A DNA stretch of 64,000 bases from the human T2T-CHM13v2.0 reference genome, Homo sapiens: assembly GCF_009914755.1 (NCBI RefSeq), contig NC_060945.1. The stretch is one strand, 5' to 3'. The position numbers and the translations under genes were made by a program. The notes beneath the pieces are model-generated. The model worked only from the letters and a program-made list of their open reading frames with translations. It did not search any database and had not been told where the DNA came from. This document shows positions 15,700-29,247 of this stretch, in pieces (positions within the stretch are counted from its first letter, which is position 1; each line of letters starts with the position of its first letter).

Positions 15700-16080
15700 G
15701 ACAGTCGTGGCTGCATATATTGGCCGGGACTAGAAGTGTGGTTTTCCCCATGTGGCGGAATTGCTTTCATTTTCAAACATGGGCCAGGGGCATAATGGCC
15801 GCTTGTAATGATCACATTAGCATCATGGAGCAATATATCTACAATAAATTAAGACTGCTTTGCAATTAGTACCGATGATCACAGCTGCGGAGACAAATGG
15901 CATATGTGCTAATTAAATAATTTGTCACTTCACTGTTAAACAAACAATTCAGCCTCTTTATATTACAAACTGCCATCTCCAGAACATCACCATGGGCCAT
16001 TAACCCCGTGGAAGGAACAGCTTGCCATGCCCACAATTGGTGGGGAGCGATGTTTGAATGGCAGGAAAAAGGTGATGGGG
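15700..16080. promoter_or_regulatory. Candidate conserved developmental enhancer
   Basis: Dense TAAT/ATTA, three E-boxes, FOX and TGTCA motifs in non-repeat DNA. Confidence 0.55.
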
Positions 16081-17360
16081 AAAAATCCACTTGGATGACA
16101 AGTCCCCTCAGACTTTGAAAATTTTCTTGGAAAATGAGTTCCAGGAGGACAAAACAAACTCTGCCACTCCACTCAGAAAACATTTGGAAGATAGCCCACT
16201 CCAGTGTTAAGATTTCTGAGCTCTATTCGATGTGCCCTTATTGAAGTGAACCATCAAACTGGTTGCAACCAATAAAAACTCCATCACGTCAAATCTCAAC
16301 TTCATCTGGTGACTTCAGCGAAAGTCCCTCCTCCCCATTTGTACAGTTTTTCTTTTGTACAGATTTTGTACATACCTTTGTACAGTTTTTCTTTTCTTTC
16401 TTTAAGTTTTAGCATTTCCTACCCCAAATGCTAATCCATAAAGCTGAATTGTGAACTAGGGTTTAATGGGGGCCAGCCATTGCTAGCCTATATAATGGCT
16501 TTGTGTGAACTAAGAGGACTCAGCTCTGTGCAGGGCACCAGTCTTGGTAAGCAAGGTGCAGGCTGGATTTGCGTCCCTGCTCACCGCCTTGGTCCAGGGC
16601 CCTTGTGCAGTGAACAACCTGTCCAACCACACAGGCAGCTCTGACTCACTTGCCTCTGAAACCAGGAGAGACCTGGGTAATTTAAAGCCACAGAACACTA
16701 GCAAGTCATGTGTCATTATTATCCTTTATTCCTTGCTCTTTTATCAGAGTTGTTAACTAATGGAACTTGATTTCTCCTTCTTATTCCTGCGCTCGCTCCC
16801 ATACAAGAGGCAGAATGGTCAGACAGAGAGAGAAAGGCAAGGCAGTGAGGACTTCTTGTCATTGGCCCTTCAGCAAATCCCTCATCAGGCACCGCCTTTG
16901 TAAGGAGCATGTGACACGGGTGGTGTTGAGTAGAAGGCATTTGTGATGTAACAGGTGTTTGGTGTAAAATACTCAGGCAGTGTTAAGTTCCACCAAAGTC
17001 ATTCTACTGCAGTAAATTTCTACCAGGCAGGAAACAGCTAGAAACAAGGTTGAGTGTTCAGTCTTCCTTCCTGCAGGAAAGGTGATTCCCTGGATAATTT
17101 CACATTAGGCTTTAAGAGCTCCTTTCCTGTGGCATTGTGGGGGTGGAAAAAGAAAAGCCAGTCTTTTATCTTTATGGAAATCTCACTGTTCGGATACAAA
17201 AGTCTGTAATAGAGGTGAGTTCCTCAGCAAATTGGTGCGTTACTCACCAAAAAGCCATTCTGTCTCTTTTTTAAAGTGAAATCTGAGTTTATCCCAGAAA
17301 GACTGGGGCATGGAGCAGCTTAGCTCACATCACTTAGGATAAAGGTGGGCACACTCTTAA

Positions 17361-17663
<303 letters not shown>

Positions 17664-19319
17664 TGAATTTTATAGCATGGAGTGTCTTCAGCAGCACTTG
17701 TTAATATTGTCTGTTAGGTGTGTGCAGAGTGAGGAAAGGAGATTGCCTAAGAGTAATGTTTCTAAAAGAACTTTTCTGACATGTATTTGTACATGAGGAA
17801 ATGCAGAGAGTGCAGGGTGAGTTTAGAGGCACTGAAAGCACTGCCAGGACATAAGATGTTTTTCCTACGGCTCTACAAGATGCATTATTATCTGGCCTGT
17901 TTCGGAAAAGACAGGCTGTTTTCTAGGCAGCCTCCTGTCTTCTGGTACTTCAGAGAGTGGATTTCCATGTGTCCAAAGGCTGAGATGCGAGTCAGGAACC
18001 ACCCAGACCAGCCAACTGTCCTACCAGTGGGCATAGAATCCTTAGGCTGCAAGACAACCTAGATGCCAGCTCATCTAAGCCTCTTATTTCACCAGAAGAA
18101 GGAATGGGAGGAGAGAGAGACAACAATGACCCTAAATCATCCTGTTCTTTTCCTTCTCTGGTGGCGGTGGGAGGGGAGGGGTTCCTCCCACCTTCCCTCT
18201 ATTTTCTGATCTAAGCTGAGGAAATCCAAATGGTATTCTTTTATCCCAATATTAACTGGGACTCAGAGACTCCCCAAGCCACTTACTTAATTTGTGGTGT
18301 AAAATATTTTTGTTATAGAATTGTTCCGCCTCTTAAAGGAGATCCGTGGGGAAAGACCTGGCTGGACAGCCTTTTACATAGCCCCAGTGAAAACAATGCA
18401 GGAATCTGAAAAGGTCATTAGGAAAATAAAAACTTAAAGTCCTGAAAAGCTTTCTGACAATTGTCCAAGGCCATGCAGTCCTGAGGACACAGAGGACACC
18501 AGCCATCCCTCAGCCACGACCCACGAGCCAACCCAATCAGACCACATCTTGTCTTTCAGGAAAATGCACTGAATTTTGTACCATGCCCCCAAAAGCCTGG
18601 ATCAAATTAAGAGTTTTAATACTCAAAGTCATTTATATTGTGTCTCTAAAGCATATACAATAAATGTACGCATCACTCAGGATATATTAAAATGTTTTGC
18701 CATACATTTCTAAAATCTTAACAAATATCATGAACACTTTAAAATACTACTTTTATTTTGATCAAAATGCATTCCATCATTTGAAAATCAAGTAGTAATT
18801 GGATAGATTCTAATAAATAAACACAGTTCTCTGCTCAGCTTCTTCTGACATCTTTCATACCCTTGAAACAACACATTTCAACTCTGTAATTTAATTTTTT
18901 TTCTGGAATTTCCTTTCATATTTCTAGATGATATGTTTCTAGATTTCCTGAATTGTATTTTCCAATACCATTATTAAAAGTGTTTTTTAAATTAAGCTAT
19001 TCTATTTTAATTTTCAATAATTTTGGTTCTCTGATCCATTTTGATATCCTCCTCTTCTTGTTTCATGAGCTAATCTCTTGCTATTTTTGAAAAGGCCATA
19101 GTTTTTAAAAATACGTTTGCTTGTTGAAACGTTTACTGAGTTGTCTCTGTCTCTTCTGGGTTCATTTTTGTTTGGTTGGTTTTGTCTTTATCTTTCTTCT
19201 TGGAGCTTACTTCAAATGTGATTTTGGCAGTCAGTTCATAAGAGGGAGGTACTGGGTAGCTAATTCTATCTGGGCATGGAGCTTCACTCTAGAGAGATCA
19301 ATGGGAAAGCAGTGGTGAA

Positions 19320-20060
19320 AGCTTACCAGCAGAGTATCACAACCTGATACAGCTACATAATTATTATTTTACTGTGTGTCTCCTCCTGGTCTTGTATGTG
19401 TAAGTTCCATTAATGCAAAGTTTGTTCATTTTGTTCACTGCTCCAGTCTCAGTGACTAGAACAGTGTCTGGCACATAATAAATGCTTAAAAAACACTTAG
19501 ATGAACAAAGAACTGTGGGAGAAAAATGCTATACAGAGCACAAAGTGAGTGGGAGACTAAGAGTAAGGAAAGTTAATTTTGCCTTGGAGCAATGGGGAAG
19601 TTTTTTTTCACTGCATTGACTAGGAGCATTCCTATAATGCCAAGACACTGCCTAGGAGTCTTCCGTGCATTCTTTCATTCATGCAGCCAACAACATCCAT
19701 TGAGCACCTACGGTGTGCTGTGAAGCAGTGTAGCATGGTGGTGAAGGACATGGGAATTGATTAAGGAACCTGAAGTCTAGCCCTGGCTGTGTGTCTTTGG
19801 GCAAGTTATTTACCTCTCTGAGCCTCAGTTCCCTTAATTCTATATGAATAATTATCAGAGTGTCTGCTTATAGGGTTGCCTTAAGGATTAAATGAATTGC
19901 TGTATGTAAAGAGTTCAAATATTATGCTAGGCTATGTTAGGCTATGGAGACACCTGTGTTAGGCTATGGAGACACCTGTGTTAGGCTATGGAGACACTGA
20001 GATGGCTAGAAATGATCTTTTCCATCCCCCAACAAGAAGACTTCATAGTCGAGTAGGCTG
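19320..20060. mobile_element. L2 3' ends and a MIR (about 19720-19920)
   Basis: L2 tail CTAGAACAGTGTCTGGCACATAATAAATGCT; MIR core TTGGGCAAGTTATTTACCTCTCTGAGCCTCAGTT. Confidence 0.7.
19935..19997. repeat. 22-bp tandem repeat, about 2.9 copies
   Basis: Identical units TGTTAGGCTATGGAGACACCTG. Confidence 0.95.
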
Positions 20061-20115
20061 CCTTTCTCGTTCTTGTACACTATCCCTCGAAATTTTTTAA
20101 AAAATCAGAAAGTGC

Positions 20116-20411
<296 letters not shown>

Positions 20412-21178
20412 CTAGAAAGTGCAAAGTATGTCCATAGGCAATCAAAATGATGCTTGAATTTGGGGTGGGGGAAGGGGCAAGATCTCATGTCAAACTGGAT
20501 TACTATCACCTCGACAGGCACAGGACTGGCAGAGTTAAAGGAAAATAACAAGTCAACAGCCTCTTCCCCAGGGGCTCAGTAATGTCCCCAGCCTTTGGCT
20601 CTGGTGTGCTTTGTGCAAAGGGCTAAAAATAGCAGAGGCGTGCTCAGGATTAAGATGGCCTTTCAATCACAAGTCAGGGAAGTAGTGATTTTCCTTAGAC
20701 AAACCCTGTTGCTACTGGTGGGGGTGGGGATGGAGGTCGGGAGACATACGACTTTCTCATACATTTGATTAAAACTTTGGCAAAGTTAAGAATCTTCATA
20801 GTCTCTAAATCTCCATTTGCACCCACCCTGACCTTTCTTAAGTATAGTTTCATTGATTTTTTAAGGCTATCTTTGAAGCTAGAATGCTGAATAACTCTAA
20901 AACTTAACAAAAAGTCCACTCTTTTGGTTGCCTGTTTGTGTGATAATACATCCTCTTAAAAAACACAGCCCATTTTAATTTGCATCCATCCACCCTTCAC
21001 CTCACCATCTATAGCACCATAAATACATTCATCAAAGAAGGCAGCATAAAAAGTAGTAAGCGTGGAGAATGGTGAAGTGTCAGTTACAATTAATAGCTTT
21101 GGAAATAAAAGGGATAATATTGTGTCTCATTTACAAGTTTTGAATTTAATTTCACAACTTACCATTTGAAATAAATTA

Positions 21179-21418
<240 letters not shown>

Positions 21419-21787
21419 TTATGTCAGTGTCGTAAATACAGAAACCAAATCCTTAAGATGCCCTAGAAGTGGAGGTTGGGTGGGAGGGAATATCCTCCCC
21501 AAACTTCAAATCACATCCATGCTCTGAGAGCTCCATTGGGTTGCCAAGCTCCATTCAGTCTCATTTTCCTCTTAACAATGCACGTGCGCAAAGGCTTCCT
21601 GCCTGGGAAGGCACCAGGCATCTTTTTAAAGAAGTGCAAGGATTTTAGATGAGGTCAGGAGTTGGGCATGGGAGCGAGGTGAAGGGTGAAAAAAGTTAAG
21701 CTACTCTGGTGTAAACCACCACAAACTCCCTGTTCCTGCTTTTATTCCTTCCCTAAAACGTTTTCACTTTGGGAGAAGAAAATTTTA

Positions 21788-22113
<326 letters not shown>

Positions 22114-22166
22114 GGAGGAAAATGGCAGGGTGGGAGGGGGTGGGGAGGGGGTGAAATCACCCATAA

Positions 22167-22716
22167 CGTCAGAGGCAGGTGAACCAGAGCAACTCCATCT
22201 TGAATAGGAGCTGGGTAAAATAAGGCTGAGACCTACTGGGCTGCATTCCCAGATGGTTAGGCATTCTAACTTACAGGATGAGATAGGAGGTCAGCACAAG
22301 ATACAGGTCATAAAGATCTTGCTGATAAGACAGTTTGCAGTAAAGAAGCCGGCTAAAACCCACCAAAACCAAGATGGTGACAAGAGTGATCTCTAATTGT
22401 CCTCACTGCTACACTCCCACCAGGGCCATGACAGTTTACAAATGCCATGGCAATGTCAGGAAGTTACGCTATATGGTCTAAAAGGAGAGGCATGAATAAT
22501 CCACCCCTTGTTTATCATATCATCAAGAAATAACCATAAAATGGGCAACAGCAGCCCTCCGGGCTGCTCTGTCTATGGAGTAGCCATTCTTTTATTCCTT
22601 CACTTTCCTAATAAACTTGCTTTCACTTTAGTCCATGGACTCACCCCAAATTCTTTGTTTCAAGAGATCCAAGGGCCCTCTCTTGGGGTCTGGATCGGGA
22701 CCCCTTTCCTGTAACA
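22167..22716 (+). mobile_element. MER41A-type ERV1 solo LTR
   Basis: Same family as 6926-7479; perfect 4-bp TSD ATAA. Confidence 0.92.
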
Positions 22717-22999
22717 ATAATGGCACAACCCAAATACAACTACTTTAATGTTTCAGTCATCTCTTTCCATTATGTCTCTAACTGCATTTATATTTACAGT
22801 TATAATGTGCATAAAAGTTTGTGATCTACTTTTCTCCTAAACATTGCCCTAGGTTATTAGAGAGTCTTTCAACTAATTATTTTAATGGGTGCATAATATT
22901 TCATTGAGTGGGTGGATCATCATTTAACCATTTCCCTATTGATGAACAGTGGAGATTACTTCCACTTTTTCTCTTATAAATAAATATACTGATAATCAT

Positions 23000-23230
23000 C
23001 AGTATCTTCCATATCTGCAGTTTGGTATCTTTATTCAACTTTTTCCCTTATAAATAAAAGTTGAACAAAGATTTCAAATTGCAGATACCACAATCAGCTG
23101 ATGCTCAAGTCTCCCATAGAAGATGACATAGTACTTGCATTTAGCCTATATACATCCTCCTGTATACTTTAAATCATCTCTAGATTACTTATAATACCTA
23201 ATACAATGCCTACACTTCACTTTATTCACA
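23000..23230 (+). mobile_element. MER2/MER2B-like TcMar-Tigger fragment
   Basis: GATGCTCAAGTC...CATCCTCCTGTATACTTTAAATCATCTCTAGATTACTTATAATACCTAATACAATG. Confidence 0.8.
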
Positions 23231-24039
23231 TACATATATTCTCATTTACACACACACACACACACACATACACAGTGCTAATGCATATGCCCGCCCTGAA
23301 TTTTCTCCTCATGACTGGTTGTGGCACAACTTTAAACCCAGCAGAGCATGGGGAGGAAGCTGGAGTTTGTATTTTCAGTTTTGTTCAACTCTGTGAATTA
23401 GGAGTACCGTTTTCCCATCCTAGTCACGAAGTAGTCCTGAATTGTCCTTGAGTAGAAGGGAGAGATTTATGGACTGAATCCTGGTCCAAGTCAGAGAGAA
23501 AAGTATTCTTTAGAAAGACATCGTCTGATGATTATTTTGAGAGACTCTCTGGTAATCCCTAGCAAATCTGCATGTTAATAGGAATCATTTACTCAAAGCA
23601 GGGGCCCAGGAAAATAGCTTTACATAATAACAGTAGCTTGATTTGATTACTTCAATTTGGTCCTAGCTATTGAATTAAAGGTAGAGCCAAGCTTTTGGAA
23701 GTTTTACAGAATGATAAACAAAATGGGAATAGTAAATTAAGACTGACTCTGGATTCCACCTGTACATCTTTATTACTTCTAATGAGCAGGGAGATGTAAA
23801 CAGGATCGAGGAGTAAAAACCATTGATAATCTTCTTAGCATTCTGGATAATTTATTGGTTTCTTTCTCACATTGAGAGCTCTAAGCCTGCCTAATATTTG
23901 TTAAGACTTCTTGGCAGCTCTTTCCTAAAAGAAGCAATTTCTTTTCTTACAGTGCACTGTAGTTTTGCTCACTTGCTCCCCAAAATACTGATGGACATTT
24001 TCAGCTGCACTCAGCCATTTTGAATCACAGCAGCACTTT

Positions 24040-24645
24040 AAAAAATCCTAGTAATTTTATACTTACAGAGGAGTCGCAACAGTAGGACAGAGTACTTGGT
24101 TACCCCTCAACCAGCCCTCTGTCTGTTAACATCTTATATACCATACATGAAAATTAAGAAATTATACTAAGCATGAGACTATTAGCTAAAGTGCAGAACT
24201 TACTCACATCACCAGTTTTTCCACTAATGTCCTTTTTCTATTCCAAGACCCAATCCAGGACTCCATGTTGCATTTAGTTTTCACATCTTCTTAGCCTCCT
24301 TCAATCTATCACAGCTCCTCAGTCTTTCTTTGATTTCAGGGCCTTGCCACTTTTGAAGAGTAATGATCAGTCATTTTGTAGAATGTCCCTCCATGTGGGC
24401 TTGTTTGGTGCGTTCTCACGGTTAGACTAGCGTTATGCATTATTGGAAAGGAAACCACAAAGTGATTGACGTGTCCGTCTCAGTGCACCATGCCATCCTC
24501 ACCATCCTCACCACTTGGCTAAGGTGATACCCACCGAGATTCTCCACTGTAAACTTTCCGTTTTCCCCTTTGTAATTATTAAATATTTTAGAGGGGGAGA
24601 TACTTTGAGACAATGCAAATAAATATCCTGTTTCTGCTTAAACAT
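24040..24645 (-). mobile_element. L1MC-type LINE-1 3'UTR fragment
   Basis: CCACTAATGTCCTTTTTCTATTCCAAGACCCAATCCAGG; TTTTGTAGAATGTCCCTC. Confidence 0.8.
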
Positions 24646-24765
24646 TCACAGCCGTACTTTTTGTCCTCCAAAGCAATAGTTTAACCTCAGCTAAATGTCA
24701 ACAAGCTATCAATGGGGACTTTTGGAGTTGGTGATGGGCACAGGAGCCTCAAAGCCATTCACTTC

Positions 24766-24791
24766 TTCCCGGAAGCCCAGCATTCCGGGAA
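24766..24791. promoter_or_regulatory. Tandem GAS (STAT) sites
   Basis: TTCCCGGAA (24766-24774) and TTCCGGGAA (24783-24791), 8 bp apart. Confidence 0.55.
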
Positions 24792-25488
24792 AGGACTGGC
24801 AGACCTCCTGACTTCCTCCACCAGCTGTCTGACCACCGCACACTGTGGTTGTGACTTGGGATTTCAGAGCCAGGAGCAGGACCCCACTCCTGATCATAGC
24901 ATGACTTAGCTTCTCCCCAGAATCACAGTCATCTTCCATATGACTTAGGAATAGCATGATTGCTGGAAGACAGAAAGATGTGGGCCTAAGTAACAAAATA
25001 AACTGTGTTCTGTTAAAGAAAAAAGTATTTGTGACACTTATGAAAGCGTGGCAAGGCAGACTTCATTTAGGGGGATTATCACAATAGGTCTAGGGACTAT
25101 TACAATGGGGTTTTATAGTAGGGCAGAGAGATTGGGCTCAACTCTGTATCCGACAAGGAAAAGTGGGAATTTATAGCCAAGGAGTGAGAGGGGTGCCAGT
25201 GGATGGTAAATTACCAAGAAGAAACATGAGGGGTAAGCGGGGATTCTGGCTAACTGTCCTAATGGGTTTCTTGCTGAACACAGGCCAGGGTGATCAGACA
25301 GCACCTGCAGGATGGTGGAGGATGAGCAACTTCCCCAGATCTGGAAGGTGATCAGATACAGTTAGAGTAAGTAGCTAGGTAGACATGAGCAGGCCAGGAG
25401 GGGGTCCCCCTCCCCACTGGGATGTCAGGTGACCATCAGGTACTGGCCAGGCAGTTGTTGTTGTTAAACTGTCTCTCTAAAATAATAA

Positions 25489-25863
<375 letters not shown>

Positions 25864-26083
25864 CGATCATCGGCTTTTTGATAAGATCTCAGGAGTTTGG
25901 CAAATGTGCTCAAGCATGAGCACTAAGAAGCAAAATGGTGGAGTTTAACCAGTATATGACCTTCCTCTAGGAACGCTCAACTGGTAAGGGTAAAATGCCT
26001 CAAATGAGCATGCGCACAACTTCAGTAAACTCACTGTGCGTATGGCCCCTCCCAAGTGCTGGCAGCCCACCAAAGCATTTGGA

Positions 26084-26759
26084 TGAAGTGACGTTGTTCA
26101 TCTGAGGTAATACCCAAGGTTCATTGTCTCACGCCAAGGAAATCAAGGACACAAACACACAAGAAGTGAGGTTAAGAACAGAGGTTTAGTAAGCGAAAGA
26201 AAGAGAAGAGCTCTCTCTGCTGCAGAGAGAGGGGTCCCAAATGGGTTTTCTGCTTCCGTGGTGAAATGCAGTGGGGTTTTATAGATGAGCTTGAGGAGGC
26301 GGTGTCTGATTTACATAGGGCACGAAAGATTTGTCGGACCACGTGTGTCATTTGCATAAGGCATGAAAAACTGGTTAGGGCTAGGTGTGCCATTTGCATA
26401 AGACACAAAAAACTGGCCACCCCACCCTAATCCTTTGTTATGCAGATGGGTTCTCTACCTGGCCGTGCCACATTGCCTGTTTCTTTACTGTACACGTGGT
26501 GATAAAGGAAAGGGAAGATGGGGCCTCCATGTTGAACATACCTGGCCCCCAGGTAGCCCTTTTCTATTGGCACAGCTGCCGGCATTCACCTGTGCAAGCT
26601 TCCAGCTTGCTTATCTATGTCTGCAGCTTGATTTTTCAGGCTGTTCTTTGTTTGAAAGACAATGATTTGGGGGCTGCTTTTTGTTAAAAGGGAAATTCTG
26701 CCGAGGGCTCTGTTGCCCTTACTATCTGCCTGAATAATTTCTTTCTACCTCCTGTATCA
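26084..26759 (-). mobile_element. LTR9/MER61-like ERV1 solo LTR inside MER50
   Basis: Reverse strand begins TGATACAGGAGGTAGAAAGAAATTATTCAGGCAGATAGT; TG...CA ends; perfect TSD TGGA. Confidence 0.8.
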
Positions 26760-26871
26760 TGGACAGCCTGCTCCAAGGAAGAATCAGGGGAGAAGAAACA
26801 CAAATCCTGGAATCATGCCAATGCATGAAACCCCAAGTCAAGGGTTGGACAGAGCACTTGGCACTTGGATC

Positions 26872-27102
26872 TTTTTTTTTTTTTGAGACGAAGTCTCGCT
26901 CTGTCGCCCAGGCTGGAGCGCAGTGGCGCAATCTCAGCTCACTGCAAGCTACAGGTGCCCACCACCATGCCCAGCTAATTTTTTGTATTTTTAGTAGAGA
27001 CAGGGTTTCACTGTCTTAGCCAGGATGGTCTCTATCTCCTGACCTCATGATCCGCCTGCCTCAGCCTCCCAAAGTGCTGGGATTACAGCACCGTGCCCGG
27101 CC
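26872..27102 (-). mobile_element. AluY-like element with internal deletions, inside MER50
   Basis: GCCAGGATGGTCTC and CTGCAAGCT diagnostic positions; GGATCTTTT on both flanks. Confidence 0.85.
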
Positions 27103-28945
27103 GGATCTTTTAAGTTGCCCACTTGGCCCTCTTCCAAGTGTACTTTCTTCATTTTGTTCCTGCTCTAAAACTTTTAAATAAACTCTCACACCTGCTCTAA
27201 AACTTGCCTTGGTCTCTTATTCTGCCTTATGTCACTTGGCTGAATTCTCTCCTCCAAGGAGGCAAGAATCGAGTTGCTGTAGGCCCATAGGGATTCACTG
27301 CTGGTAACAATACCAGGAGTGAAGGATTCTAGCTAAAATGACTTAGCAGGATTGTTGCTAAGACTTGGACAATGCAGAGATGAACACAGAACCCCAAAAG
27401 TCAGGGCTCAGTTGAGAAGAGAGTTCAGAGGAGCCTGACTAGAATTTGGTCGAGGAGATAGTCTGTCAGTTCAGAAGACGATGAGGGTCTGCTGTTCTCA
27501 GGCCATCACAGACATCATCTGCAGATGCCCTTTACAGCACTGTGTCTGTTTCCAGGAATTTATGTTGTAAAATGGAACTGAAACTCAGAAAAATAATGGT
27601 TGGAGATTTTCACCACCAAATTTTTCTCCTCTTGTTTGTTGTTCTTTAAAAAATAAGTATATTTTCAGTTCATTAGACTTGAAATGATGGATGAGGAAAA
27701 TTAAACCAAATGTGAAAAATGGGGGACTCAGTCCCCAAAGGGATGTCCAGCTGGTGGCCAGTCCTGGGAAGCTCCTTGTGTCTGAGAGCTATATAAAGAG
27801 AGAAGGAAATAAGGAAAAATGACTCCCCTGCATCCAACTTCATTTTTGTTTCTATTTTGTGACAATAAAATTATCTTTCTGAGGATTCTACAAAAGGAGA
27901 GTATAGTATCCTTGTTTAACCTCAGAAGCGATTCCCTCGGGTCTATTTACACAAACATAGCCTTATTTATTAGGTGTACCCAGCTAACATCTGATGACAA
28001 GCTAGAGGAGGAAGAAATGGATGGATCCAATCTAGAGATATTAACAGATATTTGTATAGAAGGTGGCAATTTATTGATCATTTATACATCATCTTTCTAA
28101 AGCCTCTTTACTCACTCTTTCTCTCTGATATCTGCTTTTCATTTGTACTAGACCACCGATACCACATATCATGTGTCAATTTCTTTACTCAGAAAGAAAA
28201 CATGCATAACAGAAGGTGGGTCAGGCTGGTGGTACAGAATAAGTTTTGCTTGGTGATTTTCATGGCCTGCAAAGATCTGAGTTATGTGGTCCAGTCAGGA
28301 CCCCCAACCAATGCATCCATGGGGATTTAAGTGAATATTAAACTTAAGTGTGTTCTGTTCATGCTGCAATCTCACAGTTTACCTAAGGCCTTGATTTATG
28401 GCACAATAAATGTTGCCGAATTTGAGTAAATAAAGGTATAGTTTGTCTTCTGAAAACACAAGAAGGTAGGCCTGGTACCACAAGAAGGGATAGTTGATAA
28501 TGAGAGACAGGAGTGTAAAATCGAGAAAAAGAAAACTATTCCATAAAACAAAAGTTGGGGATATTCACATAAGAGCAAATATGTTTAGAATTCTAATGAA
28601 AAGTCACCAGGAAAAGTTGAACTTGTGTTTATAAGACTCTGATTAAGAAAGCAGGGACATGTATAAACTTTAAAAAGTATTCTTTACCTAAAATTGTTCA
28701 TTTTAAAACAAACTTTGGTACCATATGAAATAAACGTATTTAGAAATGTAATCAAATACTAAAACGTATTTAGACCCTTTTGCTTTATTACACCAGATAA
28801 TAGTATTCTTTTGGGATTCCTGAAAAGTCCATGTAAATATTCACCCTGACCAAACGGGAGTGGGCTGCCCTATTTAGTGGAACACATTTTTGTAAGTTTT
28901 CTTCTGTAGATAGGCTAGTTGGGAGTGCACTGTTAGAAGCTCCCA

Positions 28946-29247
<302 letters not shown>

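Noticed and set aside
19935-19997. Short direct repeats resembling a CRISPR array
   Set aside because: Units are contiguous with no spacers, in a eukaryotic context
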